Virus record (IMG/VR): IMGVR_UViG_3300031972_002446
Location: 32,001-96,000 of that record
Direction: 5' to 3' (one strand)
Length of the DNA: 64,000 nt
Origin: a virus
In this document: one piece after another, positions 10,462-19,662 of the stretch
Numbering within the stretch: position 1 is the stretch's first letter
Layout: every line of letters begins with the position of its first letter
The notes under the pieces: generated by a model
Seen by the model: only the letters and a program-made list of their open reading frames with translations
Databases searched by the model: none
What the model was told of the DNA's origin: nothing
Program-made: the position numbers and the translations under genes

Positions 10462-11103
10462 TTATACGAATCGACCATCTTCGTATTGTCCATGTAGATA
10501 GAAATGGGATTTAGCATACAATATTTGTTTCTCTAAATCGTTTGGGAACATTGCTTTGCTAACTCTTTCTATATCTGGATTTAATTTTAGATATCTTTCG
10601 CTATTAAAATTATTAATCGAAGTTACTTTTTTAAATTGAGCAAGAGAATATGGTTTCAAATATTTGGAAAAACTTGAATCATTGTCTTTATTCTCCAGAC
10701 ACCCTTTGTAATATAATTCTCTATCTTCTTCATTTTTCCATGAGAGCATTGAGGTATCGCATAAAGTTAAATCTATATTCTCATTTAATAAAATAATACT
10801 TTGATTAAACTGTTCTTTTGTAGGCTGATAGTGTCCAGATTTATTATCAATATAATATACCTTACCACTTTTATTAATTTTTAAAGAACCTGCGCCTAAA
10901 ACCGTAGGTGCGTTTTTAATTAAATAATAATGACTAAGACCAATGTGTAATCTTTGATTTATATCTAGTATGTAATCTAAACTTTTATTAAAACACCCTT
11001 CGTATGAAGGGTATATATTTCTGTTGTCAATTATGAAATTAATTTTATTTATAACTTGTCTGGGTTTTTTAAATAAACCTCTTTTATCTTTTAATTCAAT
11101 CAT
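10462..11103 (-). CDS. Two-domain protein: NxSGHYxP domain plus YLxxNPD..H..G..E.R repeat
   Basis: GAGSL..G.V..IDNKSGHYQP; C-terminal FNSERYLKLNPDI...HFYLHGQYEDGR. Confidence 0.55.
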   Translation of the reverse strand: MIELKDKRGLFKKPRQVINKINFIIDNRNIYPSYEGCFNKSLDYILDINQRLHIGLSHYYLIKNAPTVLGAGSLKINKSGKVYYIDNKSGHYQPTKEQFNQSIILLNENIDLTLCDTSMLSWKNEEDRELYYKGCLENKDNDSSFSKYLKPYSLAQFKKVTSINNFNSERYLKLNPDIERVSKAMFPNDLEKQILYAKSHFYLHGQYEDGRFV

Positions 11104-11244
11104 ATTTTTATGATAGCAATATTCATTATTAAAAAAAATTCTTCTATCGCCGGAAATAATTTTTCTTTGTATTCTTGTTTACATTATCATAACTATATAA
11201 AGGATGTTTGTGTTTATTTTTCCAAAAATTTATACTACTTTTCA

Positions 11245-11901
11245 TTAATTGGTTGATTGAGGGTCTATCCATGATAATGCTTCAGATATAATTGGAAATT
11301 GTTTACAGAATATTTTTTTACACTCCAAGGCAATATCCATGTGTTCTTTTTGTGTTCCGTTTTTTTCTCTAAGTTCTATATAATGAATCCAATTACGAAT
11401 ACTGCCACTCATATATAACCTTGTAGGAGTCGCTAAAGGCAGTACGAATCTAGCACATTCTTTTGCTATCCCATCTTTAATCATTTCATCATACAGTCCT
11501 TTTGCTCTAGCAAAATGCTCTCTTATTTGTCTATTCCATTTAAATACTATGTCTTGATCTACATCATCAATACTATTTTGTCTATTTTTATTATCCTGAC
11601 TTCTTAAATTAAATACAGGTATTTCTTCTGCAAGATGCGTTGTATCAGCATATCTTTGACTAAATTCTTGAAATGTAAAACTTCTGTGCCTTAATATTTG
11701 TGCTGCTATACCCCTATTAGTATTAATTTCAATAGTCATAAATGCCATTTCAAATATAGACCAGTGCTTATGTTTAATGCAGTAATTAAGCAAACCGGAT
11801 ATATTGTCATTATCTTGATTGTTTGGGTTAGACACTCTAGCACAATAGGCTATATTTTTTTCTGCTTCTGGAGTTACGCTGATTAATTTGATATCACTCA
11901 T
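11245..11901 (-). CDS. thyX: FAD-dependent thymidylate synthase
   Basis: ARVS, HWSIFE, RHRSFTFQEFSQRY ThyX motif and ARFVLP. Confidence 0.97.
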   Translation of the reverse strand: MSDIKLISVTPEAEKNIAYCARVSNPNNQDNDNISGLLNYCIKHKHWSIFEMAFMTIEINTNRGIAAQILRHRSFTFQEFSQRYADTTHLAEEIPVFNLRSQDNKNRQNSIDDVDQDIVFKWNRQIREHFARAKGLYDEMIKDGIAKECARFVLPLATPTRLYMSGSIRNWIHYIELREKNGTQKEHMDIALECKKIFCKQFPIISEALSWIDPQSTN

Positions 11902-12080
11902 TTATCTTCTTTATCCTTTTTATTTTCCCACCATTTGACCAGTTTCTTCCACACTGGCTCAAAGAACCATAAAACAATATATGCAACCACCGCTTCTATT
12001 GCTTTTCCTATAATAGTACTAACAGTAATAGATTGTTTTTTAATTTTATTATCTTCACCATGCTTTGTAGACATAATCAA
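11898..12080 (-). CDS. Small membrane protein
   Basis: One hydrophobic segment; coupled to thyX by an ATGA overlap. Confidence 0.55.
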   Translation of the reverse strand: MIMSTKHGEDNKIKKQSITVSTIIGKAIEAVVAYIVLWFFEPVWKKLVKWWENKKDKEDK

Positions 12081-12318
12081 TTTCCTGTTGTAATTGCTGT
12101 TGCCTATATCTTTCTTGATGCTTTATATGCTTGTTATTAGTTATATCATTATAAATATTCATAGCCAGTTTACTTAAACTATTAATAGCGCCTTTTCTTT
12201 CAGGATTATCTATAAGATACCATTCGTAATTATAAGGATTGCCTTCATCTCCAGATTTTTCTCTATTAACCTTATACCCTTTATCTTTAGCCCATTTTTT
12301 AATATTAGTCCAATTCAT
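12055..12318 (-). CDS. Hypothetical protein
   Basis: ORF in a tightly coupled operon. Confidence 0.6.
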   Translation of the reverse strand: MNWTNIKKWAKDKGYKVNREKSGDEGNPYNYEWYLIDNPERKGAINSLSKLAMNIYNDITNNKHIKHQERYRQQQLQQEIDYVYKAW

Positions 12319-12502
12319 CTAATTCAACCTCATCCATTTTCAAATCTTTATTTTGTAAATACTCTATTAATATATACAGTTCATTTATGTGTTGTTGTAC
12401 AGAATGGGGTTTTTCTGTATGAAATATTTTATTTTTAGTTTTTTGTTTTATACAATTATATTTTAAATCAGAATTAAGATAATTCCTCAGTACATCGTTC
12501 AT
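12305..12502 (-). CDS. Hypothetical protein
   Basis: Coupled ORF; HINELYILIEY resembles HIDDLYKLVEH of the adjacent ORF. Confidence 0.55.
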   Translation of the reverse strand: MNDVLRNYLNSDLKYNCIKQKTKNKIFHTEKPHSVQQHINELYILIEYLQNKDLKMDEVELDELD

Positions 12503-12786
12503 TTCTTATAACTTCTAGTTTCAGGGTTATACTCCTTTATATCCTTATCATATCTTTTCCATGCTTCAATGTGTTTAATTGCAATCATTTGCTTTTCTTG
12601 TCTCATTTGTTGCATCATTTGATGTTCTACTAATTTATAAAGATCATCAATGTGTCCTCTAATTTCATTAGAGTTGCCCATACCATCAAGAACTTGAGAT
12701 ATGTGTTGTCTTACTTCTGGCTGAAAACAAGCATACTTTAAGGGTAACTTGTCTTTCTTACTCATTTGCTTGTATTCTTCAGGCAT
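12499..12786 (-). CDS. Hypothetical protein
   Basis: Coupled ORF. Confidence 0.6.
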   Translation of the reverse strand: MPEEYKQMSKKDKLPLKYACFQPEVRQHISQVLDGMGNSNEIRGHIDDLYKLVEHQMMQQMRQEKQMIAIKHIEAWKRYDKDIKEYNPETRSYKK

Positions 12787-13015
12787 CCGAGACCCTTGGA
12801 TAAATTTCTAATGCGTTTTGTAAAGCAGATATTAATTGAAATAGATACATACTTTGGGTATTGCTGATATCTTCAATATGATCTAAATCTTCTATCATAT
12901 ACCTAAACATATTTTCATAACCAACATCTTCTAGAGTCTTCCTTATACAATGCTTCTGTTCTAAATACTTTGCCTCTTTTTTAATTGCTTGTCTTTTTTC
13001 TTTACTTATTGACAT
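12779..13015 (-). CDS. Hypothetical protein
   Basis: ORF downstream of the GGTGTA motif at 13090. Confidence 0.6.
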   Translation of the reverse strand: MSISKEKRQAIKKEAKYLEQKHCIRKTLEDVGYENMFRYMIEDLDHIEDISNTQSMYLFQLISALQNALEIYPRVSDA

Positions 13016-13120
13016 CCTAAAAACCCTTTAAACTCCATATGTATATAATATATTCCTTTAAATAATTTAATTGTTATCCTATTGCTTTATACACCGTCTA
13101 GTATTCTGAGATAAGTCTTC

Positions 13121-13363
13121 TTAATTATCACTATTTTGATTATGGTCTTTAAATACTTTTTGAATAATGTCTAATTTGGAGGTATTAGATTCTAATATAT
13201 TTATATACTCATCTAAAACTGATAAAATATCTGGATGTTCTCCAACACCTACAGATTTAGTAATATATAAATCTATAGTTGCTATTGCCTCATCAATTTT
13301 AGCCTGATATTTTGACTCTAACGCTTTAACAAATCTATTCATCTGTATCCTCCGAATGCACAT
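13121..13363 (-). CDS. Conserved phage protein (GVGEHP motif)
   Basis: Y.AKI.EA.A.I..Y....VGVGEHP pattern common in marine phages; likely start MNRF after GGAGG. Confidence 0.65.
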   Translation of the reverse strand: MCIRRIQMNRFVKALESKYQAKIDEAIATIDLYITKSVGVGEHPDILSVLDEYINILESNTSKLDIIQKVFKDHNQNSDN

Positions 13364-13462
13364 AAGTAAAAGTAAATTGTTGTTGTTCTACGGGTATGTC
13401 TACCGTATCAGAAGATTCATCTCCCTCTGTCATAATTTCCTCCATAATATTTATTATATCCA

Positions 13463-13753
13463 TTATCTAATATACAAAGGTTGATAATACCATTGTACTT
13501 GTGGTTGGTAAGTAATTTGTTTTTCTCTTCTTAAAAACCAACAACGTCTTTCTGTCACAACTGGAACATTATAGTAATAAGGAACCCATCCATACAATAC
13601 TGTAGGTTGCGGTACTGTATAAGTTACCGCAGGAACGGGGGTTGTTATAACCATAGGTGGTGGTGCGGGTGCAACTGGTACACTCGCCACCCACTCACCA
13701 GTATATCCGATAGATGCCCATAATGCAACTACTAAAAATAAAAATGTCCTCAT
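13463..13753 (-). CDS. Secreted Pro/Val-rich protein, planctomycete-like
   Basis: Signal peptide followed by a P/V/T/Y-rich segment; GAGGAG RBS. Confidence 0.65.
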   Translation of the reverse strand: MRTFLFLVVALWASIGYTGEWVASVPVAPAPPPMVITTPVPAVTYTVPQPTVLYGWVPYYYNVPVVTERRCWFLRREKQITYQPQVQWYYQPLYIR

Positions 13754-13770
13754 AACACTCCTCTTTCTTT

Positions 13771-14322
13771 TTAAAATTTAATATGATTACTTTCTATGCC
13801 CTTCATCTCATCCCTGAGTCTCCAAGCCCTATCTGTTTCTCGGCTATTTAATGAACCTTCTTCAATATACTTTTTCATTTCTTCCACATCCCAAGGATCA
13901 AAAGCCTCATCTTCATAATAATATTCCCAAGGTTTCCATCTAATTCTAGTGTGGTCTATATTTATTTTTGTATTTCCATTCTTATCCGTATAACTATATT
14001 TACACCAGTACCATTCTTCTGCTGCTATAGCCTCTTCAATTACTTTGAAGTCTTTAGGATAAGCATTAAAAGCGAATATCTTAAATTGCCCTCGACTGTA
14101 AAGCCACTGTAAAACACCCTCGTCTTCAAAGTCGATAGGAAAGAATGTATTATAAAATGAATTGTGAACAATAGGGTATTTCCACCCCAGATATTCTGCG
14201 TTTAACAAAAAGCCTACAGATAATCCAACAAATAATAAAAAGAACTGATAAAATAAAGTTCGACAAACAGTTATAAGTATCATAAAAAAACCTATATTTT
14301 TAAGGTAGGATATTAATAGCAT
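13771..14322 (-). CDS. Membrane-anchored hypothetical protein
   Basis: N-terminal TM segment; GGTGTA motif at 14335. Confidence 0.6.
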   Translation of the reverse strand: MLLISYLKNIGFFMILITVCRTLFYQFFLLFVGLSVGFLLNAEYLGWKYPIVHNSFYNTFFPIDFEDEGVLQWLYSRGQFKIFAFNAYPKDFKVIEEAIAAEEWYWCKYSYTDKNGNTKINIDHTRIRWKPWEYYYEDEAFDPWDVEEMKKYIEEGSLNSRETDRAWRLRDEMKGIESNHIKF

Positions 14323-14598
14323 AATACTTATTTTTACACCTATTTGTTGTTATTATTAAAATAGTTATGTAATATTGTCTCTATTACCATAATTAATGCC
14401 ATGAAAATTAATAATACTGTCATTTATTAATTTAATTTTATGATATGTAAAATTCTACGGGCTAATGCTGCTTGACCTACGATTCTACCATCATCATAAT
14501 CATTATAGTACCCAGCGTTAGATTCGTGAGTGTGTTGATCTTTTATTTTTTGGTTACACAACTTTATTATTTGTGTTATTTTTTCTTCAAGTACTGGA

Positions 14599-14859
14599 TC
14601 AATCATTTTTCTTTTTTTTAGTATATTTACTTTTTAACAAATCTGCTATTTGACCAGCAGTAAACTGAACAGTATTACCTCCCCAAAAATACTCATTAAC
14701 AAGATCAACTATACTTCCAGCCATAGGACTCTCGGAAAATAACCTATATATTCTAGGACTATATTCTTCCGTTATGTAAATACATACATCCTCATAGAAC
14801 ATTTGTTGCATCGCTCTTATTTTTGCTTCTCTTAATTCTCTTCTGGATTTCTTTTTCAC
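14599..14859 (-). CDS. Hypothetical protein, paralog family 'V..YI..EY'
   Basis: Shares its pattern with ORFs at 14856, 29005 and 29944. Confidence 0.6.
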   Translation of the reverse strand: MKKKSRRELREAKIRAMQQMFYEDVCIYITEEYSPRIYRLFSESPMAGSIVDLVNEYFWGGNTVQFTAGQIADLLKSKYTKKKKND

Positions 14860-15092
14860 GATGGTATAATCCTTAACATAGCCATAATTTTATGTGCTGT
14901 TTTATCTACAGTATATTCTTTTGATATAGAATCATCTGTGATATTCTTAATGATCTCAATGTTATCTTTATTTTTTACTTGCTTGATAACTTTTTTCCCA
15001 TAGGTCACTTCGATAAAAGCAAACACCTCGCTGGTGAAATCGGTAACAGTAGCAGTCATAAATCCCTCTTTAAAAAGTATATAAAATTTCAA
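14856..15092 (-). CDS. Hypothetical protein, paralog family 'V..YI..EY'
   Basis: Likely start MTAT after GAGGG; early promoter at 15106-15146. Confidence 0.6.
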   Translation of the reverse strand: MKFYILFKEGFMTATVTDFTSEVFAFIEVTYGKKVIKQVKNKDNIEIIKNITDDSISKEYTVDKTAHKIMAMLRIIPS

Positions 15093-15384
15093 TCTCTCTA
15101 ATCTTAGTATAACATAAATATCGTCATTGTCAAGAACAATCTTTAGATCATTACGAATTTATTGATACCAACTTTTTAGAATGTTAACAACTATAAATAG
15201 ATTGGTAAGGATAGCCTGTAATACAAGCGCAGACCTAATAAAAGCAATACCATCGCTTTGTCTATCGGTCGTACCAGATTTTTCACCCAATGCTTTGCAC
15301 CAAATCTTCCACATTACTTAGTCTTTCTAAATAATAATAAAAATAAACATCTAGGTACAGATAATAAAAAATAAATTATGCTTT

Positions 15385-15666
15385 TCATTTGTTATTACAA
15401 TAATCATATATGAAGTCTGCAAGTTTAAGAAGTCTATATTTATCTACATACGAATTAACATTAGCAAATCCTTTATATGCAGTTTGTTCGTGGGTACATT
15501 TTGTATCTTTTATGATCATAAATGTTTTACCATCGAGTTCTTCTAACTCAAAACTCATCTTGCATGTATCGTCCAATTTACAATGTTTTCTTTTCATTTT
15601 AATAAACTCTGAACATATAAAACTAAAACGACCATCATCACTGTTAAAATAATTGGTGCAATCCAA
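15385..15666 (-). CDS. Hypothetical protein
   Basis: ORF in the minus-strand run; likely start MKRK. Confidence 0.5.
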   Translation of the reverse strand: MDCTNYFNSDDGRFSFICSEFIKMKRKHCKLDDTCKMSFELEELDGKTFMIIKDTKCTHEQTAYKGFANVNSYVDKYRLLKLADFIYDYCNNK

Positions 15667-15857
15667 TAATGGAGAAGAATATTAGACTGTATATGAATAG
15701 ACCAATAATCACTGATCGCATTGTCAATTTCAGTCTTTGAGTATCCTTCATTCTTTAACACCCAATATAATTGCTTTTCTGTTAATTGATCCTCTTCATC
15801 CCAATATCTTCTCGCCATTATCAATAGACGTTCATCTTCATCAATATTCCTGTACAT
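15594..15857 (-). CDS. Hypothetical membrane protein
   Basis: C-terminal TM helix. Confidence 0.6.
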   Translation of the reverse strand: MYRNIDEDERLLIMARRYWDEEDQLTEKQLYWVLKNEGYSKTEIDNAISDYWSIHIQSNILLHYWIAPIILTVMMVVLVLYVQSLLK

Positions 15858-15944
15858 TGTTCTATTATCATTTCTACCGCCTTTAAATTAGGTAAAAATT
15901 TACTGAAAATATGTAGAGGTTTGATATTATCTCCCCTCTCATAT

Positions 15945-16130
15945 TTAAACTTTAGCATTTTGCAAAACTTCTTTTTCTTTTTCTAATTGTAGTCTTGCTT
16001 TTTGTAACTGCCTTAATTTTTCTTTTTCAAAATATTTATAATATCCTAGAAAAACTTCTGAAGTAATCACACCCATACCAGAGATGAGCGTAATTACAAT
16101 ACCACATACAAATAAGGTAAAGTTATCCAT
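15945..16130 (-). CDS. Small membrane protein
   Basis: N-terminal TM FTLFVCGIVITLISGMGV. Confidence 0.6.
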   Translation of the reverse strand: MDNFTLFVCGIVITLISGMGVITSEVFLGYYKYFEKEKLRQLQKARLQLEKEKEVLQNAKV

Positions 16131-16139
16131 AATTATTCC

Positions 16140-16310
16140 TTACTTATTACATTTACCAAAATATGTTCCTAAAGTCAAAATGCTAGGAACCCATAGTCCT
16201 ACAAAAATTCCTTGCTCTTTTGCAACTGCTTGGTCTCCAAGAAACCAAAGAGAAACGCTAAGAACAAAACTAGCAAATGCTGCTACAAGAAAATAATTTT
16301 TATTACTCAT
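16140..16310 (-). CDS. Small two-TM membrane protein (56 aa, below ORF-track cut-off)
   Basis: MSNKNYFLVAAFASFVLSVSLWF...GIFVGLWVPSIL; GAGG RBS; GIFVGLWVP is a recurrent small-membrane-protein motif. Confidence 0.65.
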   Translation of the reverse strand: MSNKNYFLVAAFASFVLSVSLWFLGDQAVAKEQGIFVGLWVPSILTLGTYFGKCNK

Positions 16311-16379
16311 AATCCTCATTCTTTCCGTTTGTTAAAACAATAAACCACAACTATAGTATAGCCTAAACAATATTGTTTG

Positions 16380-16739
16380 TCAATGCCTTGAGTATCTTTT
16401 GCAACAATACCACATACCAGATTTACCTTGGGCGTAACCGACATCAATAACAAACATTCCGCTATTACTGTAGCAACAGTTGTTATATGCTTCGTTTTGA
16501 CTCCAACCGCTACCACAACCCTCGTAATTATTACTATGTCCACCAAAATGAGCAACACAATTTCTCGATGCCATTGTGTTAGCAACTCCTTGTGCGGAGG
16601 TATTATCTACTGTCGTAGAGTATGTATACTTATAAGTTGTGTTAGTTTTCTTTCTATTTCTTCTAGCCTCACAAACATTTGTTAATAAAGTTACAGCAAT
16701 TAAACATAATACTATTTTTTGCATAATTATTTCCTCCAT
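16380..16739 (-). CDS. Secreted Cys-containing protein, minimal CAP/SCP-like
   Basis: Signal peptide; AQ..A..MA.R..VAH, EG.G, VGYAQG..G.WY motifs; GGAGG RBS before MQKI. Confidence 0.55.
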   Translation of the reverse strand: MEEIIMQKIVLCLIAVTLLTNVCEARRNRKKTNTTYKYTYSTTVDNTSAQGVANTMASRNCVAHFGGHSNNYEGCGSGWSQNEAYNNCCYSNSGMFVIDVGYAQGKSGMWYCCKRYSRH

Positions 16740-16780
16740 GAAATGAAAGGGGGTTTGATGTTATCTCACCCCCCATAAAA

Positions 16781-17134
16781 TTACTTGCAATTACAAGTGT
16801 TGCCGTTGCAAATAGTTCTACTAAAAGTTCTTGAACGAAGAACATTACAGCACCCATCTGTAACTGTTCTGGTTCTTGAGTATGTGCTGCCAGTTTTATT
16901 GCAAGCACAATCTGTAGAACGAATAAAAAGTCTCCTGCCAAACAAGCCTCTACGCACCCTACAGTTGCATGTGCTACATTCACAAGGACTGCAATCACAA
17001 TCTGCCGATACTGTAGTTTGAGGTTCAGATACTACTGGTGCTTCCCCGGCAAAAGCAGGCAAAGTTAAACCAGCCAATAATACTGCAATAAAAATCTTCA
17101 TATTTCCTCCTGAAATTAAAAGTAAAATAATCAC
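16781..17134 (-). CDS. Secreted Cys/Arg-rich protein, planctomycete-like
   Basis: Start MKIF after GGAGG; AFA signal cleavage; CDC..CEC..CNC RRGLFGRR. Confidence 0.65.
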   Translation of the reverse strand: MIILLLISGGNMKIFIAVLLAGLTLPAFAGEAPVVSEPQTTVSADCDCSPCECSTCNCRVRRGLFGRRLFIRSTDCACNKTGSTYSRTRTVTDGCCNVLRSRTFSRTICNGNTCNCK

Positions 17135-17166
17135 AAAACGTATTGTGATTCACAAAATTAATTGTT

Positions 17167-17547
17167 TTAAAATTTGGATCTAAATGTATAGAAAATTATA
17201 CCTATCAACATTGTTATTACTAACCATAAAATCCATTTATAAATTGGCGTTAAAATCATCATTGTACTTCTATTTATTGTGTGTTTTATATCTTGTGGAT
17301 TATTGTTACTTTTTTTTATTAATTCTTTTAATTCACATTTTGCATTTATGATATCAAACAAATCAATTTCTTTACCTTGTTTTAAACGAGACAAAACATA
17401 TTCTATAGGTTCTCCATACCTTTGTCTAGTTTCTTCTTTGTATTCTTTATGATTCAATCTAATCTCCCACTCATGTCTGTCCATATCATAAGGTCTGCTT
17501 GAGCCAATGTCAAGCCTGTATAATGTTGCTCCATTAGATATTTGCAC
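17167..17547 (-). CDS. Hypothetical membrane protein
   Basis: C-terminal TM; likely start MDRH. Confidence 0.5.
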   Translation of the reverse strand: MQISNGATLYRLDIGSSRPYDMDRHEWEIRLNHKEYKEETRQRYGEPIEYVLSRLKQGKEIDLFDIINAKCELKELIKKSNNNPQDIKHTINRSTMMILTPIYKWILWLVITMLIGIIFYTFRSKF

Positions 17548-18035
17548 AATCCTGCGTACTGAGCGTATTTTTCTGGATTTTGTGGAGTATTCTTTGGTGC
17601 TTCTTTAACATCACACCTTTCTCTCATCCACCTAAGTATATGAGTATCTAATACAACTTCATCACAAAATTCTCTAGTATGAAGCAAAAAGAATCTGGCA
17701 GTCTTTGGCCCAACACCATAAACATCCATCAAGTCTTCTCTTGTGCAAGTTCTCAAGTTTAATTTAGATGAGAAATATAAAGCCTTGCGTATCCTATCAT
17801 ACTGTCCTGTCTTATGTGCCTTCAAATAATTATGAAGTTCTGATAACTTGAGGCTTTTAATAAACTCAAATGGAGTCATATCTCCTCTGTCTTTGAGTAG
17901 TTTAGTAACTAATCTAGCAGTTGTGTCGCTATTCTTACCGGCAACGAGGATGCAGAATATCCAGAAAGATTGCAATTCTGAATCGGTACGATTGTAGTTA
18001 GTAATATCTTTAGGATCAATCAAAGTTTCCATCAT
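17454..18035 (-). CDS. HhH-GPD DNA glycosylase (8-oxoguanine glycosylase-like)
   Basis: HhH LMDVYGVGPKTARFFL, catalytic LDTHILRWM and ADLMIW. Confidence 0.85.
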   Translation of the reverse strand: MMETLIDPKDITNYNRTDSELQSFWIFCILVAGKNSDTTARLVTKLLKDRGDMTPFEFIKSLKLSELHNYLKAHKTGQYDRIRKALYFSSKLNLRTCTREDLMDVYGVGPKTARFFLLHTREFCDEVVLDTHILRWMRERCDVKEAPKNTPQNPEKYAQYAGLCKYLMEQHYTGLTLAQADLMIWTDMSGRLD

Positions 18036-18111
18036 TAAAATCCGTTATCCAAAGTAGTAGATAGACCAAAGTAAACAACAACAAAATAGTGATATTGTCC
18101 ATTATATAACT

Positions 18112-18906
18112 CTATTCGTCTTTTGTCAACTGGCAACTTGAATTTTTTTTATAATTTAAAGTTGACTCAAAATTTTCACATTGACCAATTAAGTCGGTTA
18201 TAGGCGTATATATATTTAGTCTCGGATGAATGTAATATTTATATACTTGGTCTATATGGCTTAGTCTTTTAAGACCTTGATCTTTTTTGATCGCACCACT
18301 CTCCATATTATTTATATGGTCTATTAGCGTTTGAACCACATCTTTAATAATTTTTGGATTCATAATATATGCATGTGTTTGTAATTGCCACTCCGGTTTA
18401 TAAATATAATTATCAACTAATTTAGTTTCGGAGATTAATTTTGCATTTTGGCTTTCTTTATTAAAATAAACAGGCTTATCAAAATATATCATATCCCAAT
18501 TCAGAGACAAATTGTTTTTCAGTATATAATCTATATACTTATTTACTTCGTCAATATCATAAATTTCGGCATCGTCTTCTAAAATTAAGCACAGTTCATC
18601 TATATCTGTAATACTTTTAAGAATCTCTAAATGAGTTAAAAATAAAGATTTGATATTCGTATTATAAAAGTTTGTAAAATGATTACATTTTATAGAATTA
18701 ATAATTTGATATTTTAATTTAAATTTCTCAAATTGTTTTTTTTGAAAATATAACCTATCAATAAGTTTAGGATGGTTTATTAAAAATATTTTATCCACAG
18801 AAGTTTTATTTGGTGCTTCGTGGATGTCCTTTTGGTAGTAAGTCATTGTCTTGCTTATAGCCAGAATTTGATGGCCTTCCCGTTCTGAGTATTGTAAGAA
18901 AAGCAT
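18112..18906 (-). CDS. Glycosyltransferase family 25-like
   Basis: IFLIN...DR, LILEDDA, WDMIY, THAYI and HID motifs; real start probably downstream, given the overlap with 18806-19252. Confidence 0.8.
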   Translation of the reverse strand: MLFLQYSEREGHQILAISKTMTYYQKDIHEAPNKTSVDKIFLINHPKLIDRLYFQKKQFEKFKLKYQIINSIKCNHFTNFYNTNIKSLFLTHLEILKSITDIDELCLILEDDAEIYDIDEVNKYIDYILKNNLSLNWDMIYFDKPVYFNKESQNAKLISETKLVDNYIYKPEWQLQTHAYIMNPKIIKDVVQTLIDHINNMESGAIKKDQGLKRLSHIDQVYKYYIHPRLNIYTPITDLIGQCENFESTLNYKKNSSCQLTKDE

Positions 18907-19252
18907 TTACTCTTGCCATAGCCCAACCATCTCTACTCATTTTAGGGGCGTGAGAAGTTGAATACGCTCCAGCGCCTCTTCTGTATACTGCTTTTAACAT
19001 ACCTAATGTAGCCTTACTCCCTTTACCCTTCTTTTTAATTTTTTCATTATGTTCACTAACTTTATTCTTTAATTTATCTATAGTCTTTTTACTAAACGTA
19101 ATCTTGCTTTTGTCGTCTTTGGCACTATCAGGTTTATTTTTCTTACTACCTTTTTTCTGATCTTTTTTAGGAGCAGGAGTTCTTCGTGGGTCTTTTGGCC
19201 CAGGTTTATCTGCTACTGTTTTTAACGCCTCTAGAAATTTGTTAGTTCTCAT
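18806..19252 (-). CDS. Basic conserved viral protein (YRRGAGA..WAMARV motif)
   Basis: K-rich N-terminus plus LKAVYRRGAGAYSTSH...WAMARVNAF...DNDL, a motif family seen in phages and large viruses. Confidence 0.7.
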   Translation of the reverse strand: MRTNKFLEALKTVADKPGPKDPRRTPAPKKDQKKGSKKNKPDSAKDDKSKITFSKKTIDKLKNKVSEHNEKIKKKGKGSKATLGMLKAVYRRGAGAYSTSHAPKMSRDGWAMARVNAFLTILRTGRPSNSGYKQDNDLLPKGHPRSTK

Positions 19253-19275
19253 AATATCTCCTTTATTAGAAATGG

Positions 19276-19662
19276 TTATACACCATTTTTTTTACCTTTT
19301 AAATCTGCTATATTTTGTGCAATATCTACTAGCCTATCCCAATTTGCATCAATATATTCTTTTGGCCCACCCATATCAGCCTGTGCCTGTGCTATTTCTT
19401 CGGTAGGAACCATCTCGATAGCATCCCAAGGACAGACTTTAAGATCATATTTCTTACCTTTACCGCCGGGAACATGAATACATTGTTCGCAACCTATACA
19501 AGTAGACAAATCAATCTCACACCATTGAGTTACTCCCTGTTTTATCTGGAATATACAATCAACAGGACATACTTCTAAACAAGCCTCACAACCAGTACAA
19601 TTATCTGCTTGAATTATTGCTAATTCTTTAGGAATCTTTTTTCTTGGTTTTTTGTTTGCCAT
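19276..19662 (-). CDS. 2x[4Fe-4S] ferredoxin
   Basis: CTGCEACLEVCP and CIGCEQC...CP; TAATG overlap with DUF1501. Confidence 0.92.
   Translation of the reverse strand: MANKKPRKKIPKELAIIQADNCTGCEACLEVCPVDCIFQIKQGVTQWCEIDLSTCIGCEQCIHVPGGKGKKYDLKVCPWDAIEMVPTEEIAQAQADMGGPKEYIDANWDRLVDIAQNIADLKGKKNGV

Noticed and set aside
16316-16998. ORFs 16316-16585 and 16669-16998
   Set aside because: Alternative frames overlapping signal-peptide genes that have good RBSs.
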